From Bacteroidia bacterium (GTDB taxonomy: Bacteria > Bacteroidota > Bacteroidia > 2-12-FULL-35-15), in assembly GCA_020051175.1 (NCBI GenBank), contig JAGVJJ010000040.1, positions 22,175 through 86,174 of the forward strand: DNA of 64,000 nucleotides, read 5' to 3'. Numbering within the stretch: the first letter of the stretch is position 1; the number at the start of each line of letters is the position of its first letter. Positions 9,549-18,339 of this stretch are shown here, one piece after another. A program made the position numbers and the translations under genes. Under the pieces are notes generated by a model that saw nothing but the letters and a program-made list of their open reading frames with translations, searched no databases and was not told where the DNA came from.

Positions 9549-11456
9549 TTACATTGTTTCTTTCAGCCACTTATAAAACTCATGCTGCCACACCAGGCTA
9601 TTGTGTGTTTTAGTCACCCAGTGGTTTTCATCTGGGAAATACAATAGTTTGCTTTTTATACCCTGTAGCTGTGCTGCCTGGAAAGCCGATAAACCCTGCT
9701 CAATCGGCACACGGTAGTCTTTTCCGCCCTGGATAATAAGAATAGGCTTGTTCCATTTTTTTACAAAGTTAATGGGGTTAAACTCGTTGCAGCTTTTTTG
9801 CGCTGCTACATTTTCTTTGTCCCAGTAAGCACCTCCCAAATCATTATTTACAAAAAATACCTCTTCAGTAGTCCCGTACATACTCTTCCAGTCAAAAATG
9901 CCATCGTGGGCAATAAATGTCTTAAAGCGGTTTTCATGAATACCCGCCAGATAATACACGGAATATCCGCCATAGCTGGCTCCAACACAGCCAATACGGC
10001 CTTTGTCTATAAACGGCTCTTTTGATACTGCGTCAATTGCAGATAAATAATCTTTCATGGCCTGCCCGCCAAAATCTTTGCTTATTTCTTCATTCCATTT
10101 TACTCCAAAGCCTGGCATCCCTCTTCTGTTGGGCGCCACAACCACATAACCATTTGCAGCCATCAGCTGAAAGTTCCATCGGAAGGAGTAGAATTGCGTC
10201 AATGGTGACTGTGGCCCGCCCTGACAATACAAAAGGGCCGGATATTTTTTGCTGGCATCGAAGCCCGGAGGATATGCAACCCACACGAGCATTTGTTTTC
10301 CATCTGTAGTAGTAACATAACGCTTTTCAATCTTGCCCATGGAAATGGTATTGTATACAGCATCGTTCACATGAGTAAGCTGTTGCATTGTGCCGTTTGT
10401 GACATCAACAGAATATATTTCAGCGGCATGGTTCATGTCTGTACGTTCAACAATGAGGGTGTTTCCTGACTGTCCCACAATTGCGCGAACATCGAAATCC
10501 CCTTTGGTTATTTGTTTAACCTCAGGTAATTTTCTTGTTGCTCCCGGGTAATCAACTTTGAAAAGCTGAAGGGTTCCATCAATGGGGGCAACAAAGAAAA
10601 TTATATTCCCGTCCGCACTCCATTTAAAGTCTTCAACGGTGCCATCCCATTCTCCTGTCAGGTTTTGCTTTCCTGCACCATTATCAACAACAATATCGTT
10701 TTTATCCGATTCGAAGCCATCTGTTTTCATGCTCAGGAATGCAAGTATGCCTTTGGAGGAGAAGGCCGGTTTTATATCGTAGCCCATCATACCGGCTGTA
10801 AGGTTGGTGGTTTTACGGCTTTCAATATCATAGGCATAAATGTCAGTATTGGTGCTCAGAGCATACTCTTTGCCATACTTCTTTTTTGTAACGTACAAAA
10901 CCTGCTTCCCGTTTGGGTTCCATATGTAATCTTCATCACCTCCAAACGGTTTCTGCGGACAGTCAAACGGTTCATCTTTCATAAGGTCAATACTGTCAAC
11001 TACTTTTTTCTCATTCAGCGTATTCAGGAATACGTGTCCGAATAGCCCGTCCTCCCACGTGTCCCAGTGACGGTAATTCAGATCATCGTAAATCATGACA
11101 TTCGATTGGCTCAGCTGAGGGTACACATCTGTTCCCATTACATTTTTTATTTTTACTTCGCAGCTGCTGATGCTGTGTTTGCCATCCGGTGAAATGCGGT
11201 CGTTCACAAGCAGGTGGTCTACACCTCTCATCTCTGTAGCTGTTCCACCTGCAACAGGAATTGTATAGTTTTTTGTAGTTGTTTTATTGTCTTTCAGGTT
11301 GTACTGGGTAACGGAATAAACGATGCTTTTGCCATCCTTCGAAATGCCTTTTCCGCTAACTTTTCCAAGTTGAACGAGCGTTTCAGGAGTCATGTTTTGT
11401 TGTGCTGTTACCGATAAAACAATTATGCTTATCGACAATGTTGTAATAAACTTCAT
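9549..11456 (-). CDS. S9 family serine peptidase with an N-terminal beta-propeller
   Basis: Signal peptide. TolB-like propeller repeats. C-terminal alpha/beta hydrolase carrying the GASYGGY nucleophile elbow, and the Asp and His (DENHW) of the catalytic triad. Confidence 0.85.
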   Translation of the reverse strand: MKFITTLSISIIVLSVTAQQNMTPETLVQLGKVSGKGISKDGKSIVYSVTQYNLKDNKTTTKNYTIPVAGGTATEMRGVDHLLVNDRISPDGKHSISSCEVKIKNVMGTDVYPQLSQSNVMIYDDLNYRHWDTWEDGLFGHVFLNTLNEKKVVDSIDLMKDEPFDCPQKPFGGDEDYIWNPNGKQVLYVTKKKYGKEYALSTNTDIYAYDIESRKTTNLTAGMMGYDIKPAFSSKGILAFLSMKTDGFESDKNDIVVDNGAGKQNLTGEWDGTVEDFKWSADGNIIFFVAPIDGTLQLFKVDYPGATRKLPEVKQITKGDFDVRAIVGQSGNTLIVERTDMNHAAEIYSVDVTNGTMQQLTHVNDAVYNTISMGKIEKRYVTTTDGKQMLVWVAYPPGFDASKKYPALLYCQGGPQSPLTQFYSFRWNFQLMAANGYVVVAPNRRGMPGFGVKWNEEISKDFGGQAMKDYLSAIDAVSKEPFIDKGRIGCVGASYGGYSVYYLAGIHENRFKTFIAHDGIFDWKSMYGTTEEVFFVNNDLGGAYWDKENVAAQKSCNEFNPINFVKKWNKPILIIQGGKDYRVPIEQGLSAFQAAQLQGIKSKLLYFPDENHWVTKTHNSLVWQHEFYKWLKETM

Positions 11457-11581
11457 CTGGTAAAAGAGGTTAAATGAATTATTTTAAACTAAATGCAAAG
11501 ATAATTACTATTTATTATTTAAATTTATATAAGATTTATACTTACCAATTGGAATAAATACACAACTATTAATTTTAGAAA

Positions 11582-14500
11582 ATGAAAAAAAACTTACTTC
11601 GTTCCATTTTGCTCATAATTTGTTTCAGCTACACAGCTTTAGCTCAGCAATGGATAAAGAATCTGCCTGCGGGCAAAGCAAAAGAGGATTTAACGTTTTA
11701 TGATTATCAGAATGCGTTTTACTCCTATTGGGCTCCCTATAATGTTGAAAATGGATGGTATTATGTGAATGGTGTAAAGAAAAAGGCATTTGGATGGAAA
11801 CATTTTAAACGCTGGGAATATGCCATGCTTGGCGAAATAGACCCGGCAACAGGAATGTTTCCAAATAAAACGGCTCAGAAAGCCTATGAAGAATACCTTT
11901 CTTCCAATCCTGCACCACCCACTGTACAGTCGGCCAACTGGAGCTGTTTGGGCACCAACAGCTCTGATGGTGGATATTCCGGTATTGGCCGTGTAAGCTG
12001 TATCGCTTTTCACCCTTCAAATCCGAGCATTTATTGGGTAGGAGTGAATGCTGGCGGATTATGGCAAACAACAGACAATGGTGCCAGCTGGACCTGTTTA
12101 ACAGACAATAACGCGGTTTTGGCCGTAAGCGACATTATTATCCCCTCCGACTTTTCTGTGTCAAACACTATTTATATTGCCACTGGTGACAGGGATGCAT
12201 CTGATAACAACAGTATTGGTGTTTTGAAATCAACCGATGGTGGTGCAACCTGGAACACAACAGGCCTTACATTCCCCATTTCAGCAGGAGATCTTATCAG
12301 CAGAATGCTGGTAGATCCAAACAACAACCAGGTGATTATTGCTTCTACTACAAACGGTGTTTACAAAACCACAAATGGTGGCACTACCTGGAACACACAG
12401 CTTACATCAACCTATTTCATTGACATTGAGTATATGCCAGGCAATTTTAATACGTTGTATGGTTCCACTCAATACGGTGAAATATATGTATCTACAAATG
12501 GCGGATCTTCATGGACACAGGCATTCACCGATGGCAGCGCTTACAGGATAGAGCTGGCAGTATCCCCAAACCAGCCTTCGTGGGTATATGCTGTAGCAGC
12601 GGGTTCTGATGATGGTCTTTATGGTGTTTATAAATCCACCGACAACGGTGCATCATATAGCCAGGTATTCAGCGGAACAACCACAAACATGCTTGGTTAT
12701 GAGGAAGACGGAAGCGGTAGTGGAGGGCAGGGTTGGTACGACCTTACGATTGCAGCTTCTCCATCCGATGCAAACAATGTATTTATAGGTGGTGTAAACA
12801 CATGGGCAACGACAGATGGTGGAAACAGCTGGACAATTAAAAACCATTGGACCGGAAGCCAGACAACACCAGCTGTTCATGCAGACAAGCATTTTCTCAA
12901 ATTCCATAGCAATGGAACCCTGTTTGAGTGCAATGATGGAGGTGTTTATTTAACAACTGATAATGGCACCACCTGGACAGATAAAACCAATGGTATGGTC
13001 ATAAGCCAGATGTACAAGCTGGGTGTTTCTGCAACAGTGGCCAATGAAACTATAACCGGCTTGCAGGACAATGGTTCCAAGCTTTTGAGTGGAGGAACAT
13101 GGTATGATGTAAAAGGTGGTGACGGTATGGAGTGCCTCATTGATTATACGGATGTGAACGTTCAGTATGCAACCTATGTTAACGGTCAGATTACGCGTAC
13201 TTTGGACCGCTGGCAGAGCGATTACACGGATATTGAGCCGTCAGGCGCGGGATCGGGTGCATGGGTAACGCCTTACATTATTGACCCGGTAAACAATCAA
13301 ACACTGTATGCAGGATATGCTGAGGTGTGGAAAACTACCGACAGGGGAAACAATTGGACAAGTATTTCCTCTATCAATTCTTCCGATAAAATTCGTTCAA
13401 TGGCTATTTCCGCTTCCAACAACCAGGTGTTGTACGTGGCAGATCTTTCCATTATCTGGAAAACGACTGATGGTGGCACCAACTGGACAGACATAACAGG
13501 AACGTTGCCTGTAAGCAATGGAAATATTACTGCAATAGCAGTTAAACACAATGATGAAAATACAGTATGGGTAACCCTCGGGGGATATAATGCAAACCGG
13601 GTGTTTGAAACAATTGACGGAGGGACTACCTGGACCAATATCTCAACCGGGTTGCCGAATATACCAACTTATTCTATTGTTCAGAATAAGCAATCTACCG
13701 GCAATGTACATCTTTATGTGGGCACTGAGGTTGGTGTTTATTTAAAAGATGGTTCCAACAACTGGGTGGCATACAACACCAATTTGCCAAATGTCAGAAT
13801 TGGGGAACTTGAAATCTATTATGCTGCAAACCCCGAAGATTCGAAATTAAGGGCCGCTACATATGGAAGAGGATTGTGGGAATCTCCAACATACAATGAT
13901 GCTGCTCCTATGACTTATGTATCCAGTACAACAACACAAAGCAATACAAACACAGTTGCTCCGGGTACAACCAACCAACAGATTATTGGGGTTGAAATTG
14001 TTAATACGGGAAATATAAGCCCGCTCACGGTTACTGCCTTCACATTCAACACCACCGGCTCAACAAGTCCGGTTACGGATATTACTAATGCCAAGCTGTT
14101 TTATACGGGCTCCAGCAGCACATTTGCAACTGGTACACAATATGGTGCCACAAGCCTTGCTCCAAGCGGTTCGTTTATCATTTCCGGTTCTCAGGCGCTC
14201 AATGGTGGTACAAACTATTTCTGGCTTACATATGATGTACCTGCCTCTGCAACGATGGACAATTTCCTGGATGCAGAATGTACTTCATTTACAATGAGTG
14301 GAATTAAAACCCCTACAATAACAAGCCCATCTGGCAACCGCCAGATTGCGATTTCTTATTGTGGTGGCACTGCCTCACAATGTGATGAATTTGTTGCCAA
14401 TGTAACTTTTGGTACCGTAAACAATACTACTACCTGCACGGCCGGTGGTTATGCGGATTATACATCTATGAGCACAACGATTGCACCAGGGGGTACGGAG

Positions 14501-15517
14501 AACATTACTGTCACAAACGGTAATACAACTTATCCTCAGGATCAATGTGGCATTTGGGTGGACTGGAATGGTAATGGTGATTTTACAGACGATGCTGCCA
14601 TAACGGTTGCAGGCAGCCCCGGTGTTGGTCCTTATACCGCAACACTTAATTGCCCTATAGGAACAACGCCTGGTTCTAAACGGGTACGTGTGAGGATTCA
14701 TTATAATGACGAAACTACCGCACCTTGCGGAGCTGCCGCGTATGGCGAAGTGGAAGATTATAAAATAGAAGTACTGGGTACTCCGGTGCCTCCTGTTGCA
14801 GGGGTTGCGGACTCCAGTGATATTTTGTGTGCGGGCGACAGCCTCACCTTAACCGTGTCGGGCTATACCGGTACTCTCCAGTGGCAGCAGTCGGCTAATG
14901 GAACCAGTGGCTGGGCCAATGTTACTGGTGGTTCAGGTTCTACAACGTCCAGTTATACTACAGCAAATCTCACCACTACAACCTATTACCGTGTTGAAGT
15001 TTCTCAATCAGGATTTTCACCTGTTTACACAAACGTAATTACAATTACAGTAAACCCGATACCAACAGCTACTGCCAGCGCTAGTGGTGCTGTTCTTACT
15101 GCTGGTCCTTCCGGGGCCAGTTACCAGTGGGTAGATTGTGATAATGGCAATATAAACATCAATGGTGCTACCAATCAGGCGTACACAGCAACCGCCAACG
15201 GGAGCTATGCGGTGGCTGTTACTCAGAGCGGATGTATGGATTTGAGTAGTTGTGTTTCGGTTACTACAATTGGCATTGATGAGCTTCAGAATACGGCTGC
15301 ATTCAGCGTTTACCCTTCACCTGCGTCCGATCATATAACAATCAATACTGGTGCAAACCTTTTGGGTAAAATGTACTATATCACAGATGAATCAGGTAGA
15401 ATAGTACTTTCAGGAAGGGTGTCATCAGCAAATGTTGGTGTTCGCATACACGAACTTGCCGCGGGTATTTATCTTGTTAAGATAGAAGGACAGGTTAAAA
15501 AGGTGGTGAAAAAATAA
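11582..15517 (+). CDS. T9SS-secreted BNR/Asp-box repeat beta-propeller protein (sortilin/GH74-like) with GEVED and T9SS C-terminal sorting domains
   Basis: Signal peptide. At least 10 Asp-box repeats (STDGGATW, TTNGGTTW, STNGGSSW, TTDGGNSW and others). The GEVEDYKIEV motif marks a GEVED domain. C-terminal Por-secretion-tail type A domain (VYPSPASDHITIN...GIYLVKIEG). Confidence 0.8.
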   Translation: MKKNLLRSILLIICFSYTALAQQWIKNLPAGKAKEDLTFYDYQNAFYSYWAPYNVENGWYYVNGVKKKAFGWKHFKRWEYAMLGEIDPATGMFPNKTAQKAYEEYLSSNPAPPTVQSANWSCLGTNSSDGGYSGIGRVSCIAFHPSNPSIYWVGVNAGGLWQTTDNGASWTCLTDNNAVLAVSDIIIPSDFSVSNTIYIATGDRDASDNNSIGVLKSTDGGATWNTTGLTFPISAGDLISRMLVDPNNNQVIIASTTNGVYKTTNGGTTWNTQLTSTYFIDIEYMPGNFNTLYGSTQYGEIYVSTNGGSSWTQAFTDGSAYRIELAVSPNQPSWVYAVAAGSDDGLYGVYKSTDNGASYSQVFSGTTTNMLGYEEDGSGSGGQGWYDLTIAASPSDANNVFIGGVNTWATTDGGNSWTIKNHWTGSQTTPAVHADKHFLKFHSNGTLFECNDGGVYLTTDNGTTWTDKTNGMVISQMYKLGVSATVANETITGLQDNGSKLLSGGTWYDVKGGDGMECLIDYTDVNVQYATYVNGQITRTLDRWQSDYTDIEPSGAGSGAWVTPYIIDPVNNQTLYAGYAEVWKTTDRGNNWTSISSINSSDKIRSMAISASNNQVLYVADLSIIWKTTDGGTNWTDITGTLPVSNGNITAIAVKHNDENTVWVTLGGYNANRVFETIDGGTTWTNISTGLPNIPTYSIVQNKQSTGNVHLYVGTEVGVYLKDGSNNWVAYNTNLPNVRIGELEIYYAANPEDSKLRAATYGRGLWESPTYNDAAPMTYVSSTTTQSNTNTVAPGTTNQQIIGVEIVNTGNISPLTVTAFTFNTTGSTSPVTDITNAKLFYTGSSSTFATGTQYGATSLAPSGSFIISGSQALNGGTNYFWLTYDVPASATMDNFLDAECTSFTMSGIKTPTITSPSGNRQIAISYCGGTASQCDEFVANVTFGTVNNTTTCTAGGYADYTSMSTTIAPGGTENITVTNGNTTYPQDQCGIWVDWNGNGDFTDDAAITVAGSPGVGPYTATLNCPIGTTPGSKRVRVRIHYNDETTAPCGAAAYGEVEDYKIEVLGTPVPPVAGVADSSDILCAGDSLTLTVSGYTGTLQWQQSANGTSGWANVTGGSGSTTSSYTTANLTTTTYYRVEVSQSGFSPVYTNVITITVNPIPTATASASGAVLTAGPSGASYQWVDCDNGNININGATNQAYTATANGSYAVAVTQSGCMDLSSCVSVTTIGIDELQNTAAFSVYPSPASDHITINTGANLLGKMYYITDESGRIVLSGRVSSANVGVRIHELAAGIYLVKIEGQVKKVVKK

Positions 15518-15533
15518 AGATAAGTTTTATAAA

Positions 15534-15569
15534 AGGGCCGTAAACACTATATGTTTACGGCCCTTTTTT
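15534..15569. terminator. bidirectional terminator hairpin (GGGCCGTAAAC...GTTTACGGCCC) between convergent T9SS genes
   Basis: 11-bp stem followed by a T-run. Lies between the stop at 15517 (+) and the stop at 15585 (-). Confidence 0.55.
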
Positions 15570-15584
15570 TATGGATGTTACTGT

Positions 15585-17483
15585 TTAATTAATTACTATT
15601 TTATTCAGTTTGAGAAGCGAATTTTTATCCTTTACTGATAGTATGTAAACTCCTGCAGCGAGATTGTATGTTGGTACCTGGTATTCCTGTGACTCAATTT
15701 TTTGTTCCGACCACACGCGCGCTCCGGTAATGGAAATCAGCTCAGCCGAATAAGGAAATTGTGTTGCTTTTATAATAATGGGGTTGCCTGATTTAACAGG
15801 GTTAGGATAAACGGAAATGCTGTTTCCCCCGGTTGCTGCCGCAATACCTGTGCTAAGTGTAGCATCGTGTGCACCAATATCAGCGATGCTTCCGTCATAG
15901 ATTGCATTGCTGAAAAAATCACGTGATCCTCTGCTGATACCGAACAGGCTTGCAATATCAAGTCCTGCGTCTGTTGCCGGTGAGCCTGTTGAGAGTTTAT
16001 ATGCGTTCAGCTGCTCTGTTGGATTCGGGAAAATAATAATTCCGTTTCCTGCACCGTTGAATGCTGGATTTGCTGCAATACCTGTGGCTGTTGAGCCAAC
16101 CTGTTCGTTACCCGTTGCTGTTCGCCAGTCAGCTAAATTGGTGTATGTTGGCCCCTGATAATATATTTTAAAATCGGTTCCTGAGCTCCAGTAAAGGTTT
16201 CCGGCAAAGTAAGCATCGTAGCCGGCAGGAACATCAACAAGCGCAACTCCTCCGGTAGTTTGAAAAATATTGTTGTAAACTTCTGTCCCGGCAATACCTT
16301 TGTGCCAGTCTGTTATTGTGAAGGCCCCAATGGCATTGTTAAGTGATGATGGGGTAATGTAAACCGTATTGTTATAAATTTTTGCTCCGTTCATTACCGT
16401 ATTTATTCCCTTAAACAGTGTGATGCCGCCTCCATTCGTACGGCCATCGTTTTCACTTATATTAAAACGGATAATGTTGTTTGACCAGGGGCGCGCGTTA
16501 TCATATTGCCCAAGCAGGTAACCCGCCCCGTCATTGTCATGAGAATAGTTGTACTGCATTGTTGAATTGGTCATTCCGCCATCAAAATCAAAACCAAGGC
16601 CATCACAGCCCGTACCGCTTTTATTCAGATAACTTTCACAATGCTGTATAGTTAGATCATTGCAATCCCATGCCCAGATACCCCCCGGACCTCCGCAGTG
16701 CGTATTGTCAGCGCCTGTGTGATGTGCAACACATCTTTCAATAAGGCCGTTGTTTACTTGTCCCATAATAATTCCGCTGCCCTTGTGTGTATCGGGGTCA
16801 GAAAAGCCCGGTATGTTGTCGGCTTCTGTATTTTTTATTGTTATGTTTTCATGTGCCCATCCAACATGTGTTTGAGATGTATAACCACTTGTGGTAATCC
16901 CGTTGGTTCGTATATGATGAACATGAGTGCTGTCAATCACAACATTTTTAAATCCTGTGTTTCCATTGTTGGAGCTGATAACAATCCCGTTTTTTCCATA
17001 CCCATAAACTTCAACATTGCGGATATTTACGTTGTTGAACTTCTTATCTCCAGGCGCATCGGCATAGAACAGAATTCCGTTACCGGTATTGCTGTTCATT
17101 CCCGAGCCGGAGAACACCAGGTTGGAAATAACAATGCCTTGTGTATTGTACGCGTATAAACCATAAGCAGCACCGGAGTTAATAATTGCTCTGCCTGTTC
17201 CATAGGATGAAATGGTTGTTGTATTTAGCGGATCGTTTGCATCCGAAGGGCTTAAATAAACACTTCCGTTAAATATTTGTCCGCCCTCAAATAAAATGAT
17301 TGTTCCTGGTGACAAATCGAGGCTATTTAATTTAGAAATTGTTTGCCATGCTTCACTCGCGGACGTGCCAGAAGCATTGTCGTTGCCATTCGGACTTAAA
17401 TAATACGTTTCGGCATAAATAGAGCCCGAAACTAAAAGTATTAGGCAGAATACGACTTTTTTATATATCGATTGAAATAACAT
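15585..17483 (-). CDS. right-handed parallel beta-helix (pectate-lyase-fold) protein with a T9SS C-terminal sorting domain
   Basis: Signal peptide. Repetitive NxxG/ISxN beta-helix rungs. C-terminal ISVYPNPVKSGNPIII...GVYILSVKD matches the T9SS type A domain. Confidence 0.75.
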   Translation of the reverse strand: MLFQSIYKKVVFCLILLVSGSIYAETYYLSPNGNDNASGTSASEAWQTISKLNSLDLSPGTIILFEGGQIFNGSVYLSPSDANDPLNTTTISSYGTGRAIINSGAAYGLYAYNTQGIVISNLVFSGSGMNSNTGNGILFYADAPGDKKFNNVNIRNVEVYGYGKNGIVISSNNGNTGFKNVVIDSTHVHHIRTNGITTSGYTSQTHVGWAHENITIKNTEADNIPGFSDPDTHKGSGIIMGQVNNGLIERCVAHHTGADNTHCGGPGGIWAWDCNDLTIQHCESYLNKSGTGCDGLGFDFDGGMTNSTMQYNYSHDNDGAGYLLGQYDNARPWSNNIIRFNISENDGRTNGGGITLFKGINTVMNGAKIYNNTVYITPSSLNNAIGAFTITDWHKGIAGTEVYNNIFQTTGGVALVDVPAGYDAYFAGNLYWSSGTDFKIYYQGPTYTNLADWRTATGNEQVGSTATGIAANPAFNGAGNGIIIFPNPTEQLNAYKLSTGSPATDAGLDIASLFGISRGSRDFFSNAIYDGSIADIGAHDATLSTGIAAATGGNSISVYPNPVKSGNPIIIKATQFPYSAELISITGARVWSEQKIESQEYQVPTYNLAAGVYILSVKDKNSLLKLNKIVIN

Positions 17484-17801
17484 TCGGGAATGCGTTAAGG
17501 ATGAATACTAAAGATCGTGAAAATAGTCTGGCTATACAAATTACACAACCGGCTATTTATTCTTACTTATCAACGAATTAATGAACGTTTTTTATTTGGG
17601 AAGGTTAGGTTTTTAACAGAATTTGGCACAGTGTTGTTATCGTGTATATGAGAAAGTCGAGGGAGTTTAAGGGAAGAAAAAGCGAATACGTTAATCTGGG
17701 GGCGGTTTGCGCTTGCCAGCTTTAGAACAATCGATCGAAATAATAAAAAAAATATTTTTTCAATCAGTTTAATTAATACTTTTGTAACCGTTAAAATTAA
17801 T

Positions 17802-17875
17802 GGGGAATTAGCTCATTTGGCTAGAGCGCTTGCCTGGCAGGCAAGAGGTGACCGGTTCGAATCCGGTATTCTCCA
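17802..17875 (+). tRNA. tRNA-Ala (anticodon GGC)
   Basis: Manual fold. Acceptor GGGGAAT/ATTCTCC with the G3:U70 alanine identity pair. D-arm GCTC/GAGC. Anticodon stem CTTGC/GCAAG with loop CTGGCAG. T-arm ACCGG-TTCGAAT-CCGGT. Discriminator A. CCA is not encoded. Confidence 0.85.
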
Positions 17876-17908
17876 CAAATTAATTTCGTTGTTAATCTAA
17901 TCAGATTA

Positions 17909-18154
17909 ATGAGTTTCTGTGTATACATACTTTATTCTGTTTCAAAAGATAAATATTATATTGGGCATACTGAAAATTTGGACCGAAGGCTTGAAGAGCA
18001 TTGCTCAAGAAAAAATTTAGGATCAACTGACTGGCAGGTTCAGTATAAGGAAAACTATGATACCCGGGCTAAAGCAATGAAACGGGAGCGGGAAATTAAG
18101 AGAAAAAAAAGTCGTTCATATATAAAATGGTTATTAGAGCGTCCCGCTGTCTAG
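17909..18154 (+). CDS. GIY-YIG nuclease family protein (small, tRNA-associated)
   Basis: 81 aa. VYILYSVSKDKYYIGHTENLDRRLEEH contains the GIY...YIG...R...E core. Lys/Arg-rich C-terminus. The stop codon lies inside the duplicated tRNA segment. Confidence 0.8.
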   Translation: MSFCVYILYSVSKDKYYIGHTENLDRRLEEHCSRKNLGSTDWQVQYKENYDTRAKAMKREREIKRKKSRSYIKWLLERPAV

Positions 18155-18190
18155 CGGGAAGGTGACCGGTTCGAATCCGGTATTCTCCAC
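18136..18190 (+). other. partial duplicate of the tRNA-Ala 3' two-thirds (D-stem 3' strand through acceptor end) with a divergent anticodon arm
   Basis: AGAGCG...AGGTGACCGGTTCGAATCCGGTATTCTCCAC is identical to the tRNA at 17802-17875 except for the anticodon arm. That arm reads TCCCG-CTGTCTAG-CGGGA, an 8-nt loop. There is no 5' half. Confidence 0.6.
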
Positions 18191-18317
18191 TCCTCCTTTA
18201 GTTTTAGTGTAATTTACGGCAATTGCCGGCATAATTTATCCATATTTGATTGCAATTAGATAGTTCGCTATATACCTTGCTTCCATTCATATTTGTTGTT
18301 TAGAATTAAAACATATT

Positions 18318-18325
18318 TATATTTG
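18318..18325 (+). promoter_or_regulatory. candidate Bacteroidota -7 promoter element (TAtaTTTG)
   Basis: TATATTTG fits the TAnnTTTG consensus. It lies 15 nt upstream of the kinase start codon at 18340. Confidence 0.35.
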
Positions 18326-18339
18326 GTATAAAGTATCCC

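Noticed and set aside
16698-17159. 153-aa plus-strand ORF inside the beta-helix T9SS gene
   Set aside because: Antisense to a gene with a signal peptide, beta-helix repeats and a T9SS sorting domain. No motifs.
17802-18190. Possibility that the GIY-YIG ORF sits in a group I intron within a tRNA
   Set aside because: The first tRNA-Ala is contiguous and canonical (74 nt), and the ORF lies downstream of it. The partial copy lacks the 5' exon. No group-I core P-element pairing was evident by eye.
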